Shown piece by piece: positions 25,569 through 37,106 of a stretch of 64,000 nt of DNA; the first letter of the stretch is position 1, and each line of letters starts with the position of its first letter. The stretch lies in NCBI GenBank assembly GCA_026023565.1, contig JAPETS010000001.1, positions 868,001 to 932,000 on the forward strand. The letters are read 5' to 3'. Origin of the DNA: Cirrosporium novae-zelandiae (lineage: Eukaryota). Both the position numbers and the translations under genes were made by a program. Below the pieces are notes generated by a model. It was not told the origin of the DNA. It did no database searches and worked only from the letters and a program-made list of their open reading frames with translations.

Positions 25569-25627
25569 TGCCAGTAGGTGCCAGTAGGTTGCCAGTAAGT
25601 ACCAGTAAGTATCAGTGAAGATCAGTT
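25569..25627 (+). repeat. Decaying 10-bp tandem repeat (TGCCAGTAGG-like, about 6 units)
   Basis: tgccagtagg tgccagtagg ttgccagtaag taccagtaag tatcagtgaa gatcagt. Confidence 0.6.
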
Positions 25628-26295
25628 TGAATAGTTTACAAGAGGACTTTTCCAAGTTTACTGGATGATAATAGTGGGTAGCTACGAAGGCGATACAGCG
25701 TGCCTAAAAACGCCCAGTTACGCCAGCTAATAAGGGGATCTGCAATCTAGGATCATCAATTGCGCATACTTCCCCCCCCATCCCTCCCCCCTGTGCTTCC
25801 AAACAGCCAACTTTTCCACCACTAATTACTCTCGAATTTTGGGATCTACTGAAGAACACATACGAATCCTGTCCTACACACAATTTGAGCCGCAAACAAA
25901 TCAATCCATATTTTTTTATAGTAAATTACTGTTATTAATTATATATATTTTTCAGTTTTTAGGTCGCTAGAGCCCTAATTTTCAGATACTTTTGTATAAT
26001 AACTAATCAAGAAAACACCACATTTCCCATGTATTTCACATTATATTTATACAATGGAAGTGTTGGCCCAAAAAAATTCCATACAAAAAAACTTTATCCA
26101 GATTCATCACATTATTCGGTTGGTTGGTTTATTTCACTGGCCATGTCTTTAGCAGGTCTGACAACCATGTCAAGATGGAGGCCCTTGATCCATGTATACC
26201 CACCACCCGATCTTTCCGTGATGCAAAGACATAACTATCTTTCGTATCTTTATCCTTCTTATGATTCATCTTTTACCGTACAATTGTTGTATTAC

Positions 26296-27405
26296 CCGGA
26301 TTACACTATCATCAAATATGCGCTCAAACCATTAGGTACTGTATGTGTCTAAAGCACCTTTGGGGAGGTTCTGGAGGTGGCGTTTTAAGGAGCATAATCG
26401 CTCTGACCGCATTAGATTGCACTTGTATACCATGGCGCTGGATCAGATTTGATCTTTCTCAAATGGCGCATCTAGTTCTTTGAACATGGTCAAGTGGCGA
26501 ATATCCCCCTTGATTCTTTCACATATAGCACCGAATGATTCCAAAGCATTGAGAACATTTACATCAATTTTACGGGAATAGGCCTGACTAGAAATAATAG
26601 ATGCAGACCAGAACCCTGTTTTTTTGATAATCAATTTACCAAACCTCTCAACCTTATTATAGTCGTTATAGAAAATCTGGAGAAATGAAACCTGAATTCC
26701 AGTAGTGCCTTTCACACCCCTGAACCGTTTTAAAAGATAGTCCCGAGCTCGCTCTAGATTTTGAAAGTCTATAAAAAGATCCACAATCTACACATATTTT
26801 TCCCCCAACAGTTACAACCTGCACTGGCTGGATATGTGTTAATCTTAAACAGAGCATGTCTTTATATTACATACTGAAGTCCGACAGCTTTTGAATAGTA
26901 GTCGTTAACTTTGGTAAAATAAAATTGAGTCCATCTCGTAGAAAAATGAGGTCTGCATTATCCGTCATGTAGCAGGGTATAGCTCCCCAATGCATAATCC
27001 CAGCTGCAGTTAGAGTCACTCGACCATTGGTGTGAACATGAGCCATGACATCGTGACGTCTTCATTTCTCTTCTACTGCTGCCACTGCAAACTCCGCTTC
27101 CTAAATAACCAAATTGGAGCTCAATTGCTAAATGGCCTCATCACTAGACACCCAAACTCATCAGCAACAGACGTTATAGACCAGGGTAGACAAACACCTA
27201 ATATCGAGACTTAGTTATTTCTCACTCTGGGCTAGCCAGAGCTGGGGAGTGGGTTAATCCGTTCTGATATCCACAGAAGTTAAACTCTGTATCAATTTGT
27301 CCACTTGTCAACAATGATCTCCATGTCGAAAATCGATTGCGGAGGCTGAACAGGTATTTCATTTCCTCGCTCGCATATCGCGAGTGGAGTTTGGTAGACA
27401 TCATT
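26296..27405 (-). pseudogene. ADE13: Adenylosuccinate lyase pseudogene, 3'-truncated
   Basis: [44 protein letters not shown]...[36 protein letters not shown] and FEKDQI*SSAMVYKCNLMRSER (degenerate signature). Several stops and frameshifts; C-terminal part absent. Confidence 0.92.
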
Positions 27406-28242
27406 AAGAGACATCTTGTTCAGTACTTTCGAACTTGGTCAGACAAGCCTGAATATGTGTTTGTCTATGCAGTTAATTCTTAATTAATTCTCTATGCAAT
27501 AAGTCAGATTAGTAAAGATTCCTTTAAAGGATTTATCGATGCCTTAGGATCTGACTAGTAGGGCTAATTAATTGTTGAACCCTCGGGCCATTTTGCTCTG
27601 TTTGCATTACGATTGGCGCATGGTCTGTGCTCAAAAATGTCTATATAAACAGCTCCTCTTTCTTTTTTATTCTCCAGCTCTGTGAGTTTTCATCACTTCC
27701 ACCCTACACTTTGAGACCTCCTGCTAATGCCTTCACAGCTTTGCCTTTTGGCTTAGATCAAGTGTAGTATCTGTTCTTTTCAGTTTAATCTCTGAAATGG
27801 TTCTAAGGAACCAAACATTGATTAATCTTATTTTTGGCCTCGGCGAGGAGTCCTCTGTGCTTGCGCATGTCTCTTTGCACTGTGTCCCTGGTATTGCACT
27901 ACTTCCAGGTGACGCGAATCTTTTTCATCTTGTCGTCTCGGCTTGTCTGAGACCTAGAAGAAGAAGACAAAGTATACTACATAGGCTGGAGATACAGTCT
28001 TTTTAGTACCGCGTTCCTAGGGTCGCAACAGAGGGGAACTAGCTTAACCTTCGAAGACTCGGCATTCCGTCCTAGCAAGGTAGGAACATGTGAGAAGTGG
28101 ATCAGAACTTCAATTCACCAAAAAAATATTCGATATCCAAAGTGCTAAGATGAGATTTTCTAAAAATGGAGCCAATGAACCAGTTCATCATCTCCTGTTA
28201 CAATTTCTTATGGCTGACATTACTTTTGGTAAGCTGAAATGT

Positions 28243-29760
28243 TCATTCTGGTTTTTGGGCATAGATAACTTTGCTGCTTATATATTATCTAGAATTACCA
28301 AATTGGAATTGCATTTTCTATATCTTACGTGTCGTAATAGGCATGAACTTTTCGGCTACGGAGAGCCTGCCTCATCTGTCCAAGAAATGCCTGCACTTCA
28401 CCATATTCTTACTACTAAGAGAAGCCATGGAAGCAAACATAGCCAACGAAAAGGGCTATTATGATTGTCTACCCCTAGAACTCTAGTTGTAAGAGCCATA
28501 GCCCATCCTTCAATGCCGGACTCACAGTGGACTAGATTCTATTTTTTAATTTCCTTCAGCTTTTTGTCACTACTCTATAGACCAACAGGCGGCTTACAAT
28601 CTTTCTTTCTAATGCTCACAAACCTAGTATCTTTGATCTAGGCTTCTATCTTCTCAGCAGTTTGTAGAGTCTTCCCAAACTTGTCGCCAGCATTAATGAA
28701 CATTTTAGACCATTTATCAAGAACTTCACCATTTTCCACCCCTTCTTTGACTGTGCCATCATCGAATTCAAATTGGATGGATATTTCAAGCTGCTCAAAC
28801 CATCCTCCTGGCTTCAGGTGGCTAGAATGAGTTAGTTTATCTACGGAAGTCTTTTCTATAAATTTCTAAGAACACACGTTAGAGCCTCTTGGTAGAAGGC
28901 TGGCCAGTCTGCTACAGAACCATACATTGCCCGGACGTGGATATAGTTGAAAAAGTTTGGAGCAAATGTCCATTCGGCACATACATCGTCAACCTCAAAT
29001 TTCACATTTGGAGGAACAAAGCTTGGCTACGTTGGAGACAAATCGGTTCCTATAACTTCCGCGGATGGGTATTGGTCGGCAAAATCACTGAAATTATATT
29101 ACAATAATGATATGACACGAGTGAGAATAACTGTTTACATGGCCCAGGTCCCAGTACCAGTTCCGGCATTGAGGGCTCTATGGTATTCCGTCATCCAGGA
29201 AAATAACGAGAAGAGAGGAATTCCATGATCCTCACTTGTATGTCTTTGGTATTGGGGCCAGTAGAAGCTTGCCATATGGTAACAGAGTGAACATGTGATG
29301 CCTATTCTTGCGGTCAGTTATAATAAGGACTTTCTGTTATGGAAACACCCACGCTAGATCTAGTTGATCATTCTGCTTCTCATCATTTGGTTCCCTTCGA
29401 CAGAAGAGACACTATAAGCTACAGAACCCGAAGAAAAAAGAGATTGGGGAATAACAACCAATAGGCTCCGTCCTTATACGCATGGTAACGGCGGCCATTC
29501 TCGTAGCGATATGATGTTATGCTAGATGCCAAAGACGTTGTTCCACTCGAACTGTCCAGAGAGTTTAACTCAATTGAGATAGAAATAGCCTTGTGTTTAG
29601 AGTAGTGCAGGTAAATGATAAGAACATGCCTACAAGTTACTATCATAATCAGAGTAAGTGATTTCGGGGTTAGGATCCTAGGAAATCAGCATTGTGAAAT
29701 GCTGACATTTGAGTATAATGTATACAACCAACTGGGGCATGCAGTTCTGACTCAAATCGC
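28243..29760 (-). pseudogene. LaeA-like/TAM-type SAM-dependent methyltransferase pseudogene
   Basis: [76 protein letters not shown] and HLKPGGWFEQLE, ending VIYAQKPE*. In-frame stops at about 29028, 28639 and 28577. 5' end approximate. Confidence 0.88.
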
Positions 29761-30478
29761 TGTTCGGTCAAAGTTGCAGGGTTAAAGCAACGATAGATTA
29801 TTTAAGAGAATCAAGGAGCAAGAAGTAATCGAAGGTAATTTCCCAGCATATATAACCTTACATTTATAACTTGTTATTGTCTGGTAAATAGCAGAAATAT
29901 TTTGAAAGGCAATCGACAACGGATCTAAATTAGATCGGCACTAGAATGGAATTATCAGGAGGCGTAGGCACGATTCAGCCAGGGTTGTGTATGCCGCAGC
30001 TCATAGATATCCTCATGAGATACAAAAGATGGCTAGGCTGCAGTGGTGTGAGGTAGAGCGGTATATGCGCATAATTCAACATCTGCGGGGAGGATTTAAT
30101 CACTTTAGTCCGATGGGCCATGATTTTTTTTAAGACACTGTGGGCCTGATCCTCGATAGGATAACGTTCCATTGTCATGGGGTCTTTAGTCAAATAAGGC
30201 ATCAGCAAATTTGAGATCTTTTAATGTTTCTGGCAGCAGCAGCAGCGGCCTGCATCAATCAACATTATGGTGGTGATAATGGGCTACAAGCAATTATATA
30301 TCCCTGTCATGGTTATTTTCAAGGCTAGCTAGGATTAGAAAAGCCGAGAAAATATTAGGTAGAGAAAGTCTTGTATACTGGAACCATGGTGTTGAAAGCT
30401 TCTCAGCTTAAGCCACGATATTTCTGCAACAATGGGTTATAACACGTGCCTACGTGGTAGAATAACGCAAGTTACCTA

Positions 30479-31405
30479 GAGTTGGTCACCCACCAAAAAT
30501 CTACTTCCTACACTATTCCCTTCACCAACTATTTGATTATTATTAACTACAGCATTTTTTTATTTTAAATATTAGATTAATTAGAATTTTAATTCAAATT
30601 TTAAAACGAGCCTTAATAAATTTTTCAATTAAAAATTTGGTAGAATATTTAATGTGATCCTCAGTCGCAAGCTCGGTTATAAGCCTAGATTAGAAGCTCA
30701 GTCAGAAGCTCAGTTAGGACCTCAGTTAGGACTTTAGTAGAAGCCTCAGTAGAAGCCTGAGTAGAAACCTCGGTCAGAAGCTCGGTTAGGGCTTCGGTGG
30801 GAGTCTTAATAGAAGCCTCAGTTAAAAGTTTAATGGGTGCCTCAGTGGGTGCCTCAATGGGAGCATTAGTTGCAAACTCAGTTGCAAGCTCAGTTGCAAG
30901 CTCAGTTGCAAGCTCAGTGCAAGCCTGAGACCTTGACCGAGGCCCTGACCGAGCTTGCAACTGAGGCACCCACTGAGACTTTGACTGAGGCTTTGACACC
31001 CACTGAGCTTCTGACTGAGGCTTCCACTGAGGCTCCTACTCAGTGCAAGTCTCAGCTGCAAGCTCAGTGGGAGCCTCAGTTGCAACCTCAGTCAGTGGGT
31101 ACCTCAGTCAGGACCTCAGTCAGAGCCTCAGTCCAAACCTCAGTCAAAAGCTCAATCAGTACACGCCTCAATCATAACTTCAGTCAGGTTTTTCCACGCG
31201 TTTTAAACACGCGTCACAATCAAAATATCAACAAAATACACATAATAACAATTTTAATAAACAAATAAAAATTCATTAATAAATAAAAATACCAAATCTC
31301 TAATAGCTCTAATTGTTAAAATAAAAAAATATTATAATTTATATTAATAAAATAGCTGGTGAAAGGAATAATGCAGGAAGTAGATTTTTGGTGGGTGACC
31401 AACTC
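30479..31405. mobile_element. Non-autonomous TIR element (about 930 bp) containing a minisatellite
   Basis: TIRs start GAGTTGGTCACCCACCAAAAATCTACTTCCT (31 bp identical), about 57 bp well conserved and degenerate to about 110 bp. TA lies outside both ends. No transposase recognised. Confidence 0.85.
30659..31160. repeat. 12-bp minisatellite (CTCAGTNNNNNN units) with an inverted internal block
   Basis: Units such as ctcagttgcaag, ctcagtgggtgc and ctcagtagaagc. Segment 30924-31038 reads ACTGAG (opposite orientation). Translates as TELA/TEAP/TEAS repeats. Confidence 0.85.
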
Positions 31406-31656
31406 TACGTTACCCAATTCGTCCCTCAGTACCACAAGAAAAATCTGTACAAAACCATGTGCACATGGTCTGTGCGACTCATGTGACAAGCACTTCGTCA
31501 TAGACAGAGTTACCACAGTTACTGCTACTTCACTGTACTTTAAATTTAACCCACGCTACTTTATAACATAAAGTACTCTATCACAAACCACAACTTCAGT
31601 CTAGCGCTTTCTACTTGATAATTTCTCACCATTCTTCATCAAAGCACTCTTTCACC

Positions 31657-33027
31657 ATGTCCACTTCAAACGCTCTAATAAAGAAACGCTCCTCTGATAC
31701 GCAGCTCATGCCCCCCCCACCACCTTCTAAACGCATCAGACGTCCCACAAAGGTACTTGATGAAGACACTTATACCTATGCCCTCTCTCATATTATTGCC
31801 CGTGACTTTTTCCCGGGGCTTGCCGAATCTCAGTCCCAGCAAGAATATCTGGATGCCTTGGACTCTAAGGACAATGAGTGGATCGCTAGTGCTGGAAATA
31901 AACTGAAGGAGATGATGACACCGGGGCCAGATGGCAGGAGAGCAAGAGGAAGGAGAGGGGTCAGTATGACTCCGGTGATATCAATAGCGGGAGAGACACC
32001 CAGAGCGTGGGGTGGAGATACACCTGCTTCTGTTATCTCGGACGCTACAACGCAGACCAGGCAGAAATATGATGACGAAGGGGTTGACATCAGCATGTCT
32101 CTTACGGCATTCCAAGCCAAATATACATCCGAGGATAACGAATCTTTTTATACTCTCCTAGATAAGCAAAACCACAGACGCTCCGAGAAGTACGCTTGGC
32201 TGTGGACAGGCAATAAGATCCCTTCGGCACGACAAATTCTTCACCAGCAGCGCGAGCAGAATCTCCTTGCAAATAAGAGAACCCCTTCAGACTCTTTAGG
32301 CAGGCATGGAAAAGTACTTGCCCTAAGTTCAGATAGCGATACCCGGCCTGCAAAGCCAGATGCCTGGCCCAACACTAATCCCGCAAATACCTTCATGTTC
32401 CACCCGTCATCAGTTGACGAGACAACTGCTCTTACTACTATTCAAACTGCCACAGAAGCCTCCTCCCGAGCAGGACCTAAAGCTGTCGTATATGATAATA
32501 CTCGTTTTCCCCTAGTTAACGCTGTGAACGATGATAACCATCCATCCCGTTCCTCTTCCCCTACACTTTCTGCAGTTCAAGACGCCATAGCTGGCCGTCC
32601 ACGCCGCACCGAATCCTCTGTATTGGGTTCCGAAACGCCCCGCGTAAACGGCTACGCATTTGTCGATTCAGAAGAACCTGAACCTGTACATTCCAAGACC
32701 TCATCCAACTCTACTACCACAGACCCATCACTATTACTATCGAGCATCGACAATACCCCAAATCCATTTCATCTCACACAAAACACGCGTCGAGAGTCTC
32801 TGCACCTACAAATGGTCGAAAAGACGGCACGACAAAAGCGGGAGAAGGCGGCGGACCGAACACCGATTCCTAAATTCACTAGTGGGCCCAAGCTTGGGAC
32901 ACCGAGAGGTGGATTGACACCTGCAGCCGAGAGATTGCTAAAAAGGGTGGGGACACCCAAAGTCGGTCCCAGTGTTGGTAGCAGGGGGAACGGCTGGAGC
33001 AAGACACCTGTTTTTAGAAAGAAGTGA
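31657..33027 (+). CDS. ESS2: Nuclear splicing-associated protein ESS-2/DGCR14 (Es2 family)
   Basis: VLDEDTYTYALSHIIARDFFPGL, SLTAFQAKYTSEDNESF, TPRVNGYAFV and LTPAAERLL. Confidence 0.92.
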   Translation: MSTSNALIKKRSSDTQLMPPPPPSKRIRRPTKVLDEDTYTYALSHIIARDFFPGLAESQSQQEYLDALDSKDNEWIASAGNKLKEMMTPGPDGRRARGRRGVSMTPVISIAGETPRAWGGDTPASVISDATTQTRQKYDDEGVDISMSLTAFQAKYTSEDNESFYTLLDKQNHRRSEKYAWLWTGNKIPSARQILHQQREQNLLANKRTPSDSLGRHGKVLALSSDSDTRPAKPDAWPNTNPANTFMFHPSSVDETTALTTIQTATEASSRAGPKAVVYDNTRFPLVNAVNDDNHPSRSSSPTLSAVQDAIAGRPRRTESSVLGSETPRVNGYAFVDSEEPEPVHSKTSSNSTTTDPSLLLSSIDNTPNPFHLTQNTRRESLHLQMVEKTARQKREKAADRTPIPKFTSGPKLGTPRGGLTPAAERLLKRVGTPKVGPSVGSRGNGWSKTPVFRKK

Positions 33028-33775
33028 GATAGATGGACACGCATGTCGCGACAAGTTGCTGCTTAATCTCATAAACTACATTGCTTCCAATGATCACGTA
33101 TCGGAGTCCTCTTTTTACAAGTTCAAAGTTACGATGGTGCATATGATTAAAAGCTGTGTGGCTCATACAACTAGAAGTCTGCGTTTGGACGAACACAAAC
33201 CTTTAATTTTAAAAAACTACATTGCGAAGGTGTTTTGACTTTTGAGCTTGTATAGAACATATTTACCATAATATAAATACTCTTTTTGTACTACAAAACA
33301 TGGGCATTTAACTTGCATGCCACCAGAAATAGTCGTGTTCTACTACTAGAGACCACTGCAAACTTATAAACTTACAGCAATCGCGAACACATTTCGCCTA
33401 TTTGATGTAAATTTGCAAATACTACCAGAATATGTAAAAACATCGTTCTTAGCTTATTTTTGTCTTTTGTATATAGATATATCAAGACTATGTATAAGTA
33501 TTAGGCTTCAGTTGAAATACAGTAAATAAACCCCAAACCAAAAGATATATGCCTAAACTCCGTTCTGACGTGCTCCCATCTTATGGGTCTCAATGAGGAA
33601 AAAAGGAAAAAGAAGAAAAACGCCTAGCGCCTGTCAGTTTCCTTTCCCGACTTTGCCCCTTCTTTTTTCACAGCTAATTGTTGTACCATGTCGTTTGAGC
33701 ATATGTTAAAACACGAGACCCTACCTCTTTCCTGATCATGCTGACACCAGAAAGTTAAACCCTTTCTCACATGCA

Positions 33776-35785
33776 TCACCACATAATCCACATCACAGTT
33801 CCGATAACAATCAATACGGCTGACAAACTCCTTTGGTCTTTCCAAGTCCTTGCCGCGCTTAAGAAATATTCCGCTCCTAAATAGCTACACGTAACATACC
33901 CCTCTTTATACCCGGGCACACTTCTATCTCCATAACTTGTATTTAATCCCCACCCCTCGGTCGGGCATCCAAACCCAAAGCTCGCTGGACATGATTGTAC
34001 GATCCCATAACAAAGATCCTTACACGGTAGGACTTCCTTATATGGGCCGGGCCTCACATCCGTATCAATTGCTGCGAGTCGAGAGGAGTTATAGGCTGTT
34101 TGATTCATGTACATGGGCGCGAAATTCAGATCACCCTCTGCGGACAATTTTTCAACCGAAGTTCCATTGATAAAATCCTGTTTAATGTTTCTCGCTTGTA
34201 AAAATGTATGCGAGCTAGAAAAGTCCTCGCAGCGAGGCATCAGCACAGCACAGAGCCAGTGTTTGTACGCTTCAGCGCAATCATCGCATCCGCGGGCAAG
34301 GGAGTATTTGCCTGAGGCCGAGGTGTTGCAAGGGACTTGGGCGAGGGTGTTTTTGAATGCCTTGTAGTAAGACTCAGCGCGTTTGTCGTAGAAGGAAGTA
34401 AGAGTGTCAATGCTAGGGAAGGTATTAGGGTTGGAAGGAATCGCATATGCGACTTCGGAGCAAAAAGTGAAGTTGAAAAGGATTTGGCAATTGCCGTCTA
34501 AATATTGAGAGTTTTGTTAGTGAGGTCATGGTTTAGTGTGGGTGCATCCAAAAAGCGTACCAGATTTGGTCGTAAAGTCCATTGATTTCCATACACCGCC
34601 GCCGCCACCAACGACTCCAGATCCTGAAGCTGTGGAATTGCCCCACATAGCAAGGAATCCATTATATGTCGAGCTGCCATTCAAACTCTGTATATAAAAT
34701 TGTTCCTTGGGTCTATGTCCAATACCACGGCTTGTCATCTGAACTTGGACATTTCCCGTACTGGCTCCATTCTTGGTAGCTGTTATTTGCGCATTCTTGC
34801 TAAGACCACAGTATGAACGGTGGAGACCGAGGATAGCTGAATTGTTTTGGTTGTGAGCAAACATTTGATATGGTGGAGAAAGTGACATCCATTCTTGATA
34901 GTTGGTCTCGTTCGAACTATCTGCGGAGGTGAGGTTGCCGGTAGTGAATAGGGCGGCATTTGTGTCGCTGTCTATCCAATGCAGCAGAGGGGTGTCATAA
35001 TAGTTATGATAAGGGGCATCTATGGATCCAGCGATGTCGTAGTTGTAGACACCTGAGAAGGAGCTACTGTTCTTCGCCCATATTCCAATGTAAAGTTCTC
35101 CAGTAGCATTTATTATAGCTTTGGCGAAGCCCCCTTCGACTGTAACGACCTGTTGATTGGGATTTTCTGAGTCTGGCCCAGGGGTTTGATATGCACTGCT
35201 TTGAGAAATATACATCGCTAGTTGAGGTGGGGCCGACGCATCAGTCCCCTCAGTTTTATTAGACGTAGGTTGAAGGCAAGTATTGAGAGTGATCCAGACC
35301 GTCTGAACGTCATCTCTCCCCCTCAGATCCTTATGCATCGTTATCCTCCCGCTCTCAACTTCCAATTCGTCTCTTTTAGAGAGGGAGGCAGGCAAACCAG
35401 TCCCAGCATCTGTATGGTTTCCAAAGACAACACTTTTCGGTAATTGCCAAAATTGCGATTCCCCCTGCTCGATGTTAAGATTTTGCGCTACATTGTTCGC
35501 CAATGCCCTTATCATTTTAGACGATCTCCCCTCAACGGATTTGTCCAGTCCTCCAAAATCAGGTTCATAGCTATCGATATTGTCAACGTCCTCCCATAAC
35601 AAATCGAGATCTTCGAAAGGTGATAATAATGGGTGGTTGTGGTCTTCAGCTATTATTGAATCAACATCGGAGGCATAGGCAAAGTGTGGGTTCGAAAGAG
35701 CGAAGTATAGGATGACGAGGATCAAGGAGGCGACGCAAGAAGCGAGGAAACGGGATTGTAACGGCGTGAGCTTGGGGAATTGCAT
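33776..35785 (-). CDS. MID1: Stretch-activated Ca2+ channel subunit Mid1, 2 exons
   Basis: N-terminal hydrophobic segment, WITLNTCLQP, Cys-rich C-terminus (YSLARGCDDCAEAYKHWLCAVLMPRC; YKEVLPCKDLCYGIVQSCPASFGFGCP) and a hydrophobic tail. Confidence 0.93.
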
Positions 35786-36157
35786 TTTGGGAAAGAGCGA
35801 GATGAGCTCTTTCCTTCTTCCTTAATTGCTAAGGATTCGAGGATCCGTAAAAATTGAGGGAGATGAAGAGATTCAGGATCAGAATTGCGCAGTTGCGCTG
35901 GGCAAACAGCTACACATCGATTTTCCACGTGTCGAGTGTACGTACTTCTAGATACCAAAGCCGAAATGGCAAAAAAAGGAAAGAAAAGATAGATAGATAA
36001 GTCAACGGCGGGGATAACTCCAGCACCTCTTGCAGAATGACCTTGGAATAGTCTCTACTAATTTCTGTACTGTAGAAAGTATAACTTTCTGGTCAGCCTG
36101 TCTAGCATTAACTTTGGAGTTTCTAACTGCCCCCTTCCGGTGTACCTAGGTACCTAG

Positions 36158-36944
36158 GCACGCGGGTTCCAAAATAAGCGGGACTCACAAATTAATTTTT
36201 TTTTACTATTTTCCCTGGGGACGTTTTCAAACAAAATTAATTTTTCTTTTTTAGGCTTAAAAAAGGGTTTTAAATTAAATTATTATTAAAAACTGATTCT
36301 GTTTAAAAACTCGAAAGTAAATCGTTTGTTTGAATAATTTCTTAAGCAGTGAATACTACTCACCCTCGGTCTCCGAAAACCTTTTTTGGGGCAAAATTAT
36401 TATAGAATTGCTAGTTTATATTGTTGCTTTTTTTTATTAATTATGACTATTATATTAGAATTAGTTTTAAAATACCTAGGTATATAACTAGTATCTCTTT
36501 TCTACAAATCTATATATTTTCTACATTATACTTTTAATCCTTAACGCGTAATGTTGGACAAAATATAGTATATTTGTAATCTATACGTGTATGCCCGTAT
36601 ATACAAAACAATAATAGATATGGGCATACATACTTCAGTATTTTTAGTATATGATTACATCATATCCTTGAATCAATTATATAATCCAACAGATGAAATG
36701 TTTCGCCTTAGGCAGTACACCACGTGATATATAATCAGGTGATTTTTATCACGTGGATAATTATATAGGCCGGCACATCAGAGTTCTGGATTTCCGTGTA
36801 TGCTTGGCATACCCGATTTTAATAGATATACGAATTAATACGTATACGAGACAATTCATACAAAATATACGGTATTTCGGGCCAACATTCCCAACGCGTG
36901 AAGATCCGAGTTTGTGAGTCCTGATTATTTTGGGGTACATGTGC
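36158..36944 (+). mobile_element. MITE family A, copy 1 (Harbinger/PIF-like), interrupted by a nested element
   Basis: About 33-bp TIRs GCACGCGGGTTCCAAAATAAGCGGGACTCACAAA / TTTGTGAGTCCTGATTATTTTGGGGTACATGTGC with flanks TAG/TAA. The body aligns to the reverse complement of 39531-39946. Confidence 0.85.
36549..36890. mobile_element. Nested hAT-like MITE
   Basis: Ends TAATGTTGG...CCAACATTC with about 30 bp imperfect inverted similarity. Flanked by the 8-bp imperfect duplication TTAACGCG/CCAACGCG. Absent from copy 2 of the host MITE. Confidence 0.75.
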
Positions 36945-37106
36945 TAATGTTCGGCGCCGAATATTCGGAAGGCTTCTTGAAATTTAAAAAAAAAAAAAAA
37001 AAAATTCGGGACGACATCGGACCCTTCACAACCTATCTTCCCGATTAGAATTTCTCACCCATCTCTTAGACTATCCTTTCCGTTAACTTATCCTTATCGC
37101 TTCAAC

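Noticed and set aside
30659..31160. CRISPR-like array, or real TEAP-repeat protein genes (ORFs 30685-30999, 30870-31268)
   Set aside because: Tandem 12-mers with no unique spacers in a eukaryote. The ORFs lack ATG starts and follow from the repeat phase.
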